Shown here piece by piece: positions 1 to 9,666 of a DNA stretch of 64,000 bases. The stretch covers positions 1,728,001-1,792,000 of the forward strand of contig OY970067.1 in the NCBI GenBank assembly GCA_963705305.1, given 5' to 3'. Origin of the DNA: an uncultured Methylomirabilota bacterium. GTDB lineage: Bacteria > Methylomirabilota > Methylomirabilia > Methylomirabilales > 2-02-FULL-66-22. How positions within the stretch are numbered: the stretch's first letter is position 1; each line of letters opens with the position of its first letter. The notes below the pieces were generated by a model that did not search any database, had not been told where the DNA came from, and worked only from the letters and a program-made list of their open reading frames with translations. Position numbers and translations under genes: made by a program.

Positions 1-837
1 CAGGGGGCCCATGGCGGCGAGATCGAAGCACTCGGCGATGTTCAGCTCCTCCAGCAGTACCCAGCCCATCGAGTTCGGCGGGGCCTCCCGCACGGTATGG
101 CCCCGGTAGGAGACCTCGATCGGCGCTTGCAGTTCGGGGGAAAACTCGGCCAGGTCCTCGGCCGTGACGAGGGCTCCGACCTCCTCGCACCCGGCGGCGA
201 GTGCCTTGGCAATTCCGCCGCGGTAAAAGTCGCCCGCGCCCGCGGCGGCCAGCGCCTCGAGCGTCCTGGCCAGGGCCGGCTGGAGGATCGGCTCCCCGAC
301 CGGGGGCGGCGCGCCGCCCCGGAGGAATGTCCGGGCGCTCCGCCGGTCGGCAGCAAGCGAGGTCTGCTGCTCCCCGGCGAAGTGGCGGAAGGCGCGGGTC
401 GCCCCGAAGCCGTCGCGGGCGTAATGGATCGCGGCCTCGAAGAGCGAGGCCCAGGGCCGGCGGCCGAAGCGGTGGTGCATCGCCCCCCAGGCCCCGACCG
501 CGCCGGGGGTCTGAAAGCTCAGCGGGCCCTTGAGCGGGATCCCCTCTGCGTAGCGCTCGGGGGTCGCCGCTCGGGGCGCCGGGCCCGTCCCGTTGACGAT
601 GACGGCCTCGCCGCTTCCGGCCAGGAAGACGTGGTAGAACCCGTCGCCGCCGAGCCCCGACATCATGGGCTCGACGACGCCGAGCGTCGAGGCCACCGCC
701 ACGGCCGCATCGACCGCGTTCCCGCCCGCCTGAAGCGAGAGAAGCCCGGCCTGCGTGGCCAGCGGATGGTTCGACGCGACGGCGCCGCGCTGTCCCATGA
801 TCAGTGGTCGGTACGACCGCGTTCCCTCGTACCCCAT
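1..837 (-). CDS. ggt: gamma-glutamyltransferase family protein, 5' part (runs off left edge)
   Basis: Manual translation from ATG 837: MGYEGTRSYRPLIMGQRGAVASNHPLATQAG...GGNAVDAAVA...VVEPMMSGLGGDGF, a typical GGT N-terminus; GGGGAGG RBS; absent from the ORF track because there is no stop in the window. Confidence 0.9.
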   Translation of the reverse strand, partial: MGYEGTRSYRPLIMGQRGAVASNHPLATQAGLLSLQAGGNAVDAAVAVASTLGVVEPMMSGLGGDGFYHVFLAGSGEAVIVNGTGPAPRAATPERYAEGIPLKGPLSFQTPGAVGAWGAMHHRFGRRPWASLFEAAIHYARDGFGATRAFRHFAGEQQTSLAADRRSARTFLRGGAPPPVGEPILQPALARTLEALAAAGAGDFYRGGIAKALAAGCEEVGALVTAEDLAEFSPELQAPIEVSYRGHTVREAPPNSMGWVLLEELNIAECFDLAAMGPL

Positions 838-1087
838 GGCCTCCCCTTCTATATGCCGGACGAGCATCCGGGCAGCAAAACAATGCCCAATACCAGAAGA
901 CCCAGGCGCATCCCACCGTAACCCCGATCGAGGTCGAAGCCAAAGCGCCGGATACGTCGCGCCCTCTGCGCTACCCCAAGGGCTGTACTTCGCCGTTCAT
1001 CGCGATCCCCCAGGAAATCCGCTGGTGGGGGTTCCACTCTGGCCGACGATTGGGCGGCACCTCTACCACTGTGTGCGCCGTCGTCCG

Positions 1088-2119
1088 GAGTAGGAAGACC
1101 CAGTTGACCAGGGCAGTGCCGCGATGGTGGAGCTTCCGGAGTTGCCCGACGGTCTTCAGCCACCCGAAGACCTCCTCGACCCGCTTGCGGCACCGCTGGG
1201 TGATCGCGTAGCCAGGGTGGCGCGTCGTCCGGCCGTCCAGGGTGCTCCCGCGGTGGCCATTGAAGTTCTGCGCAACATGGGGGGTGATCTTCAAGCCCCG
1301 GCAGCCCGCCGCGAAGGCGGCGGTGTCATAGCCTTTGTCACCTCCGAGGGTGGCGCGGTGCTCCCCCGGGATGGCCGTCGCGATGGTCAGCGCGGTGGCG
1401 GGCTCGGACGCACCAACCACCTGGGTGGCCAACGCGCCGACAACCAGGCCATGCCGGTTCTCCATCAGGACGTGGCCCCGGTAGCCCAGGATCGCTGCCC
1501 GGCCCCTGCTCGTCCGCACCAACTGCGCGTCGGGATCGGTCGTGGACTGGTGGGTGGCGTTCGTCCGCTTCTCCCCCCGGAAGTCCACCGTCGGGTTCCC
1601 CGGATCATCGTCCGTGGGCGACGTGGGCTGCTCCTTGGGTTTCACGCTCTTGTGGCTGGCCCAGGCTTCCAGGAGGGTGCCGTCCACCGTGAAGTGTTCG
1701 GCCGAGACGAGTTTCGCCTGGCGGGCCTGACTCAGGACGGCGGCGAAGAACGCCTGGGCGATGTCCCCCGGGAAGAGGCGGTCCCGATTCTTCGTGAACA
1801 CGGTCGGATCCCAGATGGGGTCGTCCATGGAGAGGCCGACGAACCAGCGGAACAGTAGGTTTCAGTCGAGCTGCTCCATGAGTTGCCGCTCGCTCCGGAC
1901 ACTGCAGAAGGCCTGGAGCAACAGGGCGCGGAGCAGTTGCTCCGGCGGGATCGAGGGGCGGCCGGTGTAGGAATACAGCAGGGCGAAGCGCGGGGACAGG
2001 GCTTTCAACGCCCGGTCTACCATTGCCCGAATCGGGCGGAGCGGGTGGTCCTGGGGGACCCGCTGCTCCGGTTGAATGTAGCTCCACATCCCGCCGTGCT
2101 GGGTATCGTCGCCGCGCAC
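1088..2119 (-). pseudogene. IS5-family transposase with in-frame TGA (1862-1864) and truncated C-terminus
   Basis: ORFs 1862..2119 and 971..1828 share a frame (EQLD*NLLFRWFVGLSMDDPIW); motifs VDGT, GDKGYD, RKRVEEVFGWLK; transposase-like sequence ends after VNWVFLL at about 1088. Confidence 0.9.
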
Positions 2120-2213
2120 GCTGTCGCCTCCTGGTGAGAGTGAATGCTCAGGCGCAATATACGCAAAGGCGTTCGCTCGTGACCGACCAAGTTAAGAGTT
2201 TTTCAGCATCCTG
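1088..2213 (-). mobile_element. Truncated IS5-family element, one terminal IR retained (2196-2213) next to CTAG
   Basis: GAGTTTTTCAGCATCCTG followed by CTAG (2214-2217); other end not found. Confidence 0.75.
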
Positions 2214-2969
2214 CTAGAGCAATGTCCGCCCGCCATCAATCGGGAGCACCGCCCCGGTAATGTACGAGGCCTTGTCGGACAGAAGGAATGCGATCACTTC
2301 GGCGATTTCTTCTGGGCGTCCAACCCGCTTCTGGGGACAGAGGGCCTTCCAACCCTCGAATGCTTGCTCCCCGTACGCGATCCAGTTCATGGGGGTATCC
2401 GTCATGCCCGGACAGATACAGTTCACCCGGATCTTGCGCGGCGCGCCCTCCAGCGCCGCCATGCGAGCCAACTGCATCACTCCGGCCTTCGCCGCGGCGT
2501 ATGCTCCGTGCCCTTCTTTCACGCGCAACGCCATCCGCGAGGCGATATGGACGATCCCTCCCCCTTCGCTGCCCATCGTCTTGAATGCCGCTTTCGTCAC
2601 GTAAAAGGCGCCGGTCAAATTCACGTCCAGGACCCGCTTCCAGTCCGCCGGCTCCAGATCCTCGATCGAGGCGTAGGTCAAAATCCCGGCGCAGTTGACG
2701 ACGACCTCCACCCATCCGAGCCGCTGGCGGGTCGCCGAGAAGGCGTCCTGGACCGAGGACCATTCCGTCACGTCGACATGCTGGAAAGCCCCCGCTCTGC
2801 CCGCGGCCGTCAATTTCTGGACCGTCTCCTTCCCGGCCTTTTCATCAATGTCCAGGACCATGATCTTGGCGCCATACTTCGCCAGCACCTCGCAGGTCGC
2901 CCGCCCAATCCCGGAGCCTCCGCCCGTCACCACGGCCACCTTCCCGTCAAAGTCCATGCGCCTCCTCAC
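2214..2969 (-). CDS. SDR family NAD(P)-dependent oxidoreductase
   Basis: TGGGSGIG, VVNCAG, YAAAK, DGG C-terminus. Confidence 0.93.
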   Translation of the reverse strand: MRRRMDFDGKVAVVTGGGSGIGRATCEVLAKYGAKIMVLDIDEKAGKETVQKLTAAGRAGAFQHVDVTEWSSVQDAFSATRQRLGWVEVVVNCAGILTYASIEDLEPADWKRVLDVNLTGAFYVTKAAFKTMGSEGGGIVHIASRMALRVKEGHGAYAAAKAGVMQLARMAALEGAPRKIRVNCICPGMTDTPMNWIAYGEQAFEGWKALCPQKRVGRPEEIAEVIAFLLSDKASYITGAVLPIDGGRTLL

Positions 2970-3769
2970 TTTCCTGTGTGGAACAGTTGCCGAACGGACG
3001 CGATGCCCTCCTCGGCCACCCAGGTCGGATCGCGCCGCGCATACTCGTCATTGAACAATTCCAGGCAGTACCAGCCCGCATACGCCCGGGCCTCGAGCGC
3101 CGACACAATCTTGCGGATTGGTAGCCTTCCCTGACCCGGGAAGACGCGACGATGGCGGCAGAGCGTGATCATGTCGAGCGCGGAGGCCGACGCGTCTGCC
3201 AGATGCACGACTGCGATGCGCTCCACCGGCACGGCGTCCAGCTCCTGCAGCGTGGAACCGGCCAGGCAGAAATGAAACGTGTCCAGCACGATGCCCAGAT
3301 TGTCCGATTCGGCCCGGCGCACGATGTCCCACGCGTCCTGCATGCGGGAGAAGCTTTGTGCCCAGGCAAACAGCTCGTACGCCAACCGCACCCCATGCGG
3401 ACGCGCGAGGTCGCAGAGCTCCCGCAGCTGGGTCGCGGCGACATCCATCGGACCGGCGTCCGTCGCACCGACCACGATAGCGGTGCCGTACCCGTGCCTA
3501 CCCACGAACTCGAAGAACGCTCGGGCGCGATCCAGGGCCGTAGCATATTCCGCCCCCGCCCGGAACTGCCAGTCCCGCAGGGTGAAGACCTCCGGGACCG
3601 CGAGGCCCTGCGCCGCAATACGACCTGCCGCGGCGTGGCTGCCTTCGGGATGGCTGCACAAATCCGATTCCCACACGCCGACGCCTTCAAAGCCAGCGAG
3701 CGAGATGGCGCGGAGCTTCGTTTCGAGTGTTCCCGCCAATGAGGCGCTGTTGATGGCTAAACGGGACAT
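2966..3769 (-). CDS. Sugar phosphate isomerase/epimerase (xylose-isomerase-like TIM barrel)
   Basis: LAYE, LDTFH, VHLAD, FPGQG, LELFN metal motifs. Confidence 0.85.
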   Translation of the reverse strand: MSRLAINSASLAGTLETKLRAISLAGFEGVGVWESDLCSHPEGSHAAAGRIAAQGLAVPEVFTLRDWQFRAGAEYATALDRARAFFEFVGRHGYGTAIVVGATDAGPMDVAATQLRELCDLARPHGVRLAYELFAWAQSFSRMQDAWDIVRRAESDNLGIVLDTFHFCLAGSTLQELDAVPVERIAVVHLADASASALDMITLCRHRRVFPGQGRLPIRKIVSALEARAYAGWYCLELFNDEYARRDPTWVAEEGIASVRQLFHTGK

Positions 3770-3796
3770 GAACGACTCACCGTGAGCAAACGCTGG

Positions 3797-4789
3797 TTAT
3801 GGCAAACGATGAGTGGTACCGCCGAGAAATGCCGCCGCGCCGAGGAGGGCGCACGCGGGGTGGACCACCATGGATACCGGAATGCCTTCGAGTAGCGGAC
3901 GCATGCGGCCCTTGGCGAGGAACGCTTCCATGAAAATTTGCCGCTGCCGCAGCCCAAAGACGCTGGGAGCGATTCCGCCCGCGACGCAGACACCGCCGGT
4001 CGCCAGGTGTTTCAAGGCCAAGTTCCCGGCCTCCGCTCCATAGAGCGAGACGAACCAGTCGAGCGTCCGCAAACAGGACGGGTCGGACCTATCCAGCGCA
4101 CGTTTGGTGATCGCGGCGGACGCGTCGTCCTCGCTCCCGAGGCGCTCAAACCATTCCGGGGTGGGAGTGTTCGTGTCCTGCAACACAAACTGGAACAGCG
4201 CTTCGATGCCCGGCCCGGAGACGACGCGTTCCACACTCACGCGACCCAGGCGGACCTGAAGAAACTGGGTCAGCCGCCATTCCTCATCGTTCCGCGGCCC
4301 GAAATCGGTGTGCCCGCCTTCCGTCGCAAACGGATGATACTGATGGCCATCCCAGTGGATGCCGGCCTCACCCAAGCCGGTGCCAGCCGCGATCACCGCC
4401 TTGTTACCGATTGCTGCCGGCCGGCCTACATGCAGCACCACCATATCGGCGGGCTCCAGGGTCAGCACGCCATAAGCGGTCGCCTCCAGGTCATTCAGGA
4501 GGCATACTGTCTCGAGCCCGGCCGCCCGGGCCAGTGAAGCGCCGTCAATGATCCAAGGGAGATTCGTCGCAGTACAGCGATTGCTCTCGACGGGGCCCGG
4601 CACCCCCAGGCATGCCGAGTAGACCTCCTTCGTATGACCATCGAAGAACTGCCGAATCACGTCCTCCAGGCTTTCGAAGGCCCGGCTAGAGTAGGTCTGC
4701 AGGGCCTGAAGCCGGATGGGCGCGTGTGGGTCCATGCTGGCCAGGGCCAGCCGCACGTGCGTACCGCCGATGTCCCCTACCAACAGCAT
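3797..4789 (-). CDS. glk: Glucokinase
   Basis: GDIGGT, LLNDLEA, AGTGLGEA, TEGGH, SVERVVSGPG. Confidence 0.92.
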   Translation of the reverse strand: MLLVGDIGGTHVRLALASMDPHAPIRLQALQTYSSRAFESLEDVIRQFFDGHTKEVYSACLGVPGPVESNRCTATNLPWIIDGASLARAAGLETVCLLNDLEATAYGVLTLEPADMVVLHVGRPAAIGNKAVIAAGTGLGEAGIHWDGHQYHPFATEGGHTDFGPRNDEEWRLTQFLQVRLGRVSVERVVSGPGIEALFQFVLQDTNTPTPEWFERLGSEDDASAAITKRALDRSDPSCLRTLDWFVSLYGAEAGNLALKHLATGGVCVAGGIAPSVFGLRQRQIFMEAFLAKGRMRPLLEGIPVSMVVHPACALLGAAAFLGGTTHRLP

Positions 4790-4803
4790 CGGAGCGTCGG
4801 TCC

Positions 4804-5949
4804 TTACGCAGCCGGCACATCCACCCAGCAGCGCTTCTGATTGCTGGCCAGGATGGCCTCGACCAGGAGAGCGATTCGGTGCGCCTCGAGGAAGGTCGGA
4901 TACTCCGGCGCTGCCGAACCATCGGCGATGCGCGCATAGACGTTTCGCAGCAGGTTCTTGATACCGTCCGGGTACCCTTCGCCATGTCCGCCCGGATAGC
5001 TCGCATAGCCCTTCGCCGCATCCGCGAGCAGGCCGGGGTCTTTGGCCAAGCGTTCATTAGCTTTGTCCCCGTATCCAATCCAAAGGCTGTTCGAATCCTC
5101 CTGCTCCCACCGTAGTGACGCCTGCGCACAATCGACTTCGAACACCAATCCGTTCTTATGACCGGCGCTGACCTGGGAGACGAAAAAGGTGCCCCGGATG
5201 CCGCCGCTGAACTCGAGGAGCACCGCCGCATAATCTTCGGTCTCCACCGGCACCTCGACGGTCGCGCCTGCCCCCGCGTCGGCAAAGGTTTCGACTTCCG
5301 TGACGTGCCGCTGGCGGACGGCATGGACCGGACCGAGGTCCGCGCAAACCCGCACGATCTGCAATCCGGTCACATGCTGGACGAGATCGCACCAGTGCGA
5401 TCCGATGTCCGCCACCGCCCGCGACGCCCCCCCACGTTTCGGGTCAATGCGCCAGTTGTAATCGCGGGCGTAGAGCAACCAATCTTGCAGGTACTGGCCA
5501 TGCACGAGCAGGACCTTGCCGTACCGGTCGGACTGGACCGCCGCCCGGACGTGCTGCGGGAGCGGAAAATACCTATAGCCAAAGTTCACGGCTGCCACCC
5601 GACCAGTCCGCTCGGCCAAGTCGAGCAAGAGCCGAGTCTCGCTGCTGTCCAGCCCAAGCGGTTTCTCGGATATGAGGTGCTTGCCCGCTTCCAGGGCGGC
5701 CCGATTCAACCGGAGGTGCGCATCGTTGGGCGTGCAGTTGTGCACCACGTCGATGCGGGGGTCCTGAATCAGGGCCATGGGGTCTTCATGGACGGTCGGA
5801 ATCGCGAGCGCAGCGGCCACCCGCCGGGCCTTGCCCGAATCCACGTCCGCCACGGCAACGACCTCGGTGCCCGGGAGGCGCCGAATCGCTTCGGTATGTG
5901 CACCCCCCATGAATCCGACCCCGAGGATCCCCGCCCGGATTTGCGTCAT
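4804..5949 (-). CDS. Gfo/Idh/MocA oxidoreductase
   Basis: GVGFMG, CTPN, SEKPL, DIGSHW. Confidence 0.92.
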   Translation of the reverse strand: MTQIRAGILGVGFMGGAHTEAIRRLPGTEVVAVADVDSGKARRVAAALAIPTVHEDPMALIQDPRIDVVHNCTPNDAHLRLNRAALEAGKHLISEKPLGLDSSETRLLLDLAERTGRVAAVNFGYRYFPLPQHVRAAVQSDRYGKVLLVHGQYLQDWLLYARDYNWRIDPKRGGASRAVADIGSHWCDLVQHVTGLQIVRVCADLGPVHAVRQRHVTEVETFADAGAGATVEVPVETEDYAAVLLEFSGGIRGTFFVSQVSAGHKNGLVFEVDCAQASLRWEQEDSNSLWIGYGDKANERLAKDPGLLADAAKGYASYPGGHGEGYPDGIKNLLRNVYARIADGSAAPEYPTFLEAHRIALLVEAILASNQKRCWVDVPAA

Positions 5950-5989
5950 GCCTGTCTCCTCTGCATGTATGGCAACAACTGGGTCCCGA

Positions 5990-6961
5990 TTAGGTCCACC
6001 ATGCCGCGCTGGGCGCCTCGCGCATGAGGCAGTCCTTCAGGAACTGCACGGCCCGTCCGAATCCCTCAGAAATCGAAAGCAGCAAGTCCTCGTGCTCGAT
6101 GCTCAGCACGTCGTCGTATCCCGTCAGGCGCAGCGTGCTCAGAATCTGGCGCCACTCGAGCTGGCCGTGCCCATACCCGACCGTGCGGAAAATCCAGGAG
6201 CGATCCCGGGCATTGGCGAGCGGCTTGGTATCGAGCACGCCGTTCCTCGCCGTGTTCTCCGGGTCAATGTACGTATCCTTGGCGTGGACATGAAAGATGG
6301 CATTGGCCGCCGCGAGTGTCTTGATCGCCGCGGTGATGTCGATTCCTTGCCAGAACAAATGGCTTGGATCGAAGTTGGCGCCGATGCAGTCCCCGACGGC
6401 GTGGCGCAATCGGAGCAGCGTCTCGGGGTTGTACACCACGAAACCGGGATGCATTTCGAAGCACAGCCGGCGCACGCCATGGTTCGCGATCAACGCCGCC
6501 TGCTGGGACCAGTAGGGGATCACCTTCTCTGTCCATTGCCACTCCAGGAGCTGCTGGTAATCGGGCGGCCAGGCACACGTGACCCAGTTCGGGAACTGCG
6601 CGGTATCGCTGTCGCCCGGACACCCGGAAAATAGGCAAACGCGATCGATGCCGAGCGCCCCCGCCAGCCGCACGGTCCGGACGAAGGTGTCGTGGTGCGC
6701 CTTGGCCACCTCGGATCGCGGATGGAGCGGATTGCCATGGCAGCTAAGCGCGGAGATGGTTAACCCGCGCGTCTCGATCGCCGAGCGAAAGGCCCGGAGC
6801 TTTCCGGCGTCAGCCAGCAGCTCCTCCGGCTTGCAGTGCGCGTCGCCGGGGTAATTGCCGGTACCGATCTCGACCGCGTCCAATCCGAAACCGGCAATCC
6901 GGTCCAGCGCGGCCTCGAAAGGTTCCGCTCCAAACAGGACGGTTAAGACGCCGAGTTTCAT
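5990..6961 (-). CDS. Sugar phosphate isomerase/epimerase (B. subtilis YfiH-like TIM barrel)
   Basis: LSCHGNPLHP, FEMHPG, NFDPSH, HVHAKD, SIEHED. Confidence 0.88.
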   Translation of the reverse strand: MKLGVLTVLFGAEPFEAALDRIAGFGLDAVEIGTGNYPGDAHCKPEELLADAGKLRAFRSAIETRGLTISALSCHGNPLHPRSEVAKAHHDTFVRTVRLAGALGIDRVCLFSGCPGDSDTAQFPNWVTCAWPPDYQQLLEWQWTEKVIPYWSQQAALIANHGVRRLCFEMHPGFVVYNPETLLRLRHAVGDCIGANFDPSHLFWQGIDITAAIKTLAAANAIFHVHAKDTYIDPENTARNGVLDTKPLANARDRSWIFRTVGYGHGQLEWRQILSTLRLTGYDDVLSIEHEDLLLSISEGFGRAVQFLKDCLMREAPSAAWWT

Positions 6962-7023
6962 CGCTCTCCTCTCCTGGCCCTTTGGGAAAGCAGCCGGCTC
7001 CAGAGTGCGGCGCGCGGACCCGG

Positions 7024-7845
7024 TCAGCGGGCGAATGCGTCCCGCAGTGCGTCGAGGCAGCGCTTCACGGTGGCTTCGGGATCGAGGTTGAAATCGTGAA
7101 TTTCGACCGACACGTAATCCGTGAAGCCGATCTCGCGCAGAGCTGTCGCCACATCGCGGTAGTCCACCTCGCCTGCGCCTGGCCCCTTCCCCGTTTCATC
7201 ATCTGCGTGGAAATGGCGGAGATCCCCCCGGATGCGACAGATGACCGCTGGAATGGGGTCCTCCTCCCAGGTCAAACTGTACCCATCCAGCATCATGGCA
7301 AAATTGGGATGGCCGACTTCCTCCACGAACCGCAGGGCCTGATCGGCCCGGGTAATGAAATTCGTCTGATTCTCAGAGAGCGGCTCGAAGCAAAAGGTGA
7401 TCCCGTGGTCCTTCAAGCGTTGCAAAAACCGCGGCGCCGCCAGGACGTCTTTGGCGTAGGCCCAGGCATCGCTCGGTGTGACGCCGTCCAGGATGCGCCG
7501 CTGCTTCGGCGAGCCGAACACGAACCGGGTCCCGCCCATCGCGTGGCACAGGTCCACGGCGTGCTCGAGGTACCGCAGAGAGCGCTCGCGCACGGCCGGA
7601 TCGGGATGCGTGATGTGGTATTCGGGCGAGTTTCCCCACACCCAATGCACGCCAACGATCTGGATGCCAGAATCTTTCGCGACCGTCTTGGCCCGCTGCG
7701 CCTCTACCACGGGGACCGCCATGACGTCCTGCCCGATGGTCCAGGGCGCGACCTCGACGCCGTCATAGCCGAGCGCGGCTAACTCGCGGATGGACCCCTC
7801 GAGCCCCCGATGCTTGAGCAGCTCGTTGCACATAGCAAATCGCAT
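7024..7845 (-). CDS. Sugar phosphate isomerase/epimerase (ketose 3-epimerase-like)
   Basis: MRFAMCNE, FGSPKQR, FEPL, HFHADD, GPGAG, VSVE. Confidence 0.85.
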   Translation of the reverse strand: MRFAMCNELLKHRGLEGSIRELAALGYDGVEVAPWTIGQDVMAVPVVEAQRAKTVAKDSGIQIVGVHWVWGNSPEYHITHPDPAVRERSLRYLEHAVDLCHAMGGTRFVFGSPKQRRILDGVTPSDAWAYAKDVLAAPRFLQRLKDHGITFCFEPLSENQTNFITRADQALRFVEEVGHPNFAMMLDGYSLTWEEDPIPAVICRIRGDLRHFHADDETGKGPGAGEVDYRDVATALREIGFTDYVSVEIHDFNLDPEATVKRCLDALRDAFAR

Positions 7846-7877
7846 GGACGCTCCTCGCCCAGACCTCACCCGATTTG

Positions 7878-8699
7878 TTATCCCTTAACCCCGCCGAAAG
7901 CGAGCCCACCCACGATATGCCGCTGGATGATCAGCGAGAGCAGGATCACCGGCAGCGTGATGAGGGTTGCCGCCGCCGTGAGCGCCCCCCAGTCGAAGCT
8001 CGCATATGACAGGAAGCCAAACACCGCGACCGGCAACGTGCGCGTCTTCTCGTTGGCCAGGACCACGGAATACATGAATGTATTCCAGGACATGATGAAG
8101 GCCAGAATGCCGGAAGCGGCCAAACCCGGCGCGCTGAGCGGGACCGCGATCCGCAAGAACGCCCGCCAGCGGGAGCACCCGTCCACGAGGGCGGCCTCCT
8201 CCAGCTCGATGGGCAGATCCTCAAAGAAGCCGATCATGATCCAGATAATCAGGGGCAGCCCGATTGTGAGATGGCTGAGGATGAGGGCAGTGTAGCCGCC
8301 GATCATCTCCAACTGCGTGAAGATGATGAACCAGGGCACGAGGTAGCTGATGCCGGGCGTGATGCGCGACACGAGCACCGCTAGGGCGAATCCGCGATGC
8401 TTGTACCGGGCGATCGAATACGCGGCGGGAATGCCGAGCAGCAAGCCGATGCCGGCCGATCCAAACCCGACGATCGAGCTGTTCCACAGGAACCGGCCGA
8501 ACGGGTACTCCGAGAAGATCTTGGCGTAGTTCTCGAGCGTCGGCGAAAACAGGAAGAGCGGCGGGACGGCCATGTTCTGGATCTGGTTCTTGAGCGAGGA
8601 GAGCACCATCCAGAAAAACGGAAACAGATAGGCGCCGAGCAGCACGATGACAAATGTATAGAACCCGACCTGCCGGAGAATACGCCTCTTGCCCTGCAT
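7878..8699 (-). CDS. Carbohydrate ABC transporter permease
   Basis: EEAALVDG EAA loop; several hydrophobic segments. Confidence 0.93.
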   Translation of the reverse strand: MQGKRRILRQVGFYTFVIVLLGAYLFPFFWMVLSSLKNQIQNMAVPPLFLFSPTLENYAKIFSEYPFGRFLWNSSIVGFGSAGIGLLLGIPAAYSIARYKHRGFALAVLVSRITPGISYLVPWFIIFTQLEMIGGYTALILSHLTIGLPLIIWIMIGFFEDLPIELEEAALVDGCSRWRAFLRIAVPLSAPGLAASGILAFIMSWNTFMYSVVLANEKTRTLPVAVFGFLSYASFDWGALTAAATLITLPVILLSLIIQRHIVGGLAFGGVKG

Positions 8700-8711
8700 G
8701 TCGTCTCGCCT

Positions 8712-9662
8712 CTAGCTGCGCGCCCGCCGCACTGCGATCAAGGCTAGGCTCACGCCCATCACGATCCAGAAGAACACCACCAGCATGGCCGAGCTGTACC
8801 CGATATGGAGATACTCGAACGCACTACTGTAGATGTACACATTGAGGGTTTCCGATGCGAAGGCCGGCCCGCCTCGCGTAATAACGAAGATGGTATCGAA
8901 GGTCTTAAGCGCGTCGATGCCCCGGAAAAGGGCCGCGACTACAATATGGGGCCGGATCAAGGGCAAAGTGACATACCGCAAGACTTGCCAGTCCGAAGCC
9001 CCATCGATCAGTGCAGCATCGTACGGCTCCTTCGGGACAGTCGCGAGCCCGGCCATGACGATGAGAATAATCAGGGGCGTCCATTGCCACACGTCCACGA
9101 GCACGAGCGATGCGATGACCGTCCGCCGGTCATATGCCCACAAGCTCGTGGGCAGGTGCAACGAACTGAGCAGATAGTTCAACACCCCGGCCAAGGGATC
9201 GTACATCAGGACCCAGACCAGCGCGATGGCCACCGGAGTCGCCACCATGGGGAGGAGAAAGAGGATACGCGCCAGCCCGCGCCCGACGAAGGTCCGATTG
9301 AGCAGCAGCGCGATCGCAACCCCGAGCACCACCTCTGCCCCGACTGCCAACCCGCTGTACTGGAAAGTCCGGACGACCGCGTTCAGAAATCTCGGATCGT
9401 GGAACATATCCGCGTAGTTCTTAAGCCCAACGAAGTGTGGCGGGGTCACGCTGGAAGCGAACCAGGTATGGAAGCTGAAGTACACAGTGTACGCCAGAGG
9501 GAAAAGCAGCATCAAGGAAAGCACAGTGGTCGCCGGCAGAAGCAGCAGGATGCCCAGATGCCGCTCAACCCAGATCCGCACGAATCCGGCCTCTCGCACC
9601 GGTGGCCTAAGGGCGGTACCCCCGCCCTGTTCGGATAACTCCCGGGACAAGGCGGGGGCCAT
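8712..9662 (-). CDS. Carbohydrate ABC transporter permease
   Basis: FVGLKNY, DVWQWTP, YDAALIDGA; start uncertain. Confidence 0.92.
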   Translation of the reverse strand: MAPALSRELSEQGGGTALRPPVREAGFVRIWVERHLGILLLLPATTVLSLMLLFPLAYTVYFSFHTWFASSVTPPHFVGLKNYADMFHDPRFLNAVVRTFQYSGLAVGAEVVLGVAIALLLNRTFVGRGLARILFLLPMVATPVAIALVWVLMYDPLAGVLNYLLSSLHLPTSLWAYDRRTVIASLVLVDVWQWTPLIILIVMAGLATVPKEPYDAALIDGASDWQVLRYVTLPLIRPHIVVAALFRGIDALKTFDTIFVITRGGPAFASETLNVYIYSSAFEYLHIGYSSAMLVVFFWIVMGVSLALIAVRRARS

Positions 9663-9666
9663 AGCC

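Noticed and set aside
1862..1864. In-frame TGA in the transposase as selenocysteine or programmed readthrough
   Set aside because: Not a redox Cys position, and the element is also truncated; a nonsense mutation is simpler
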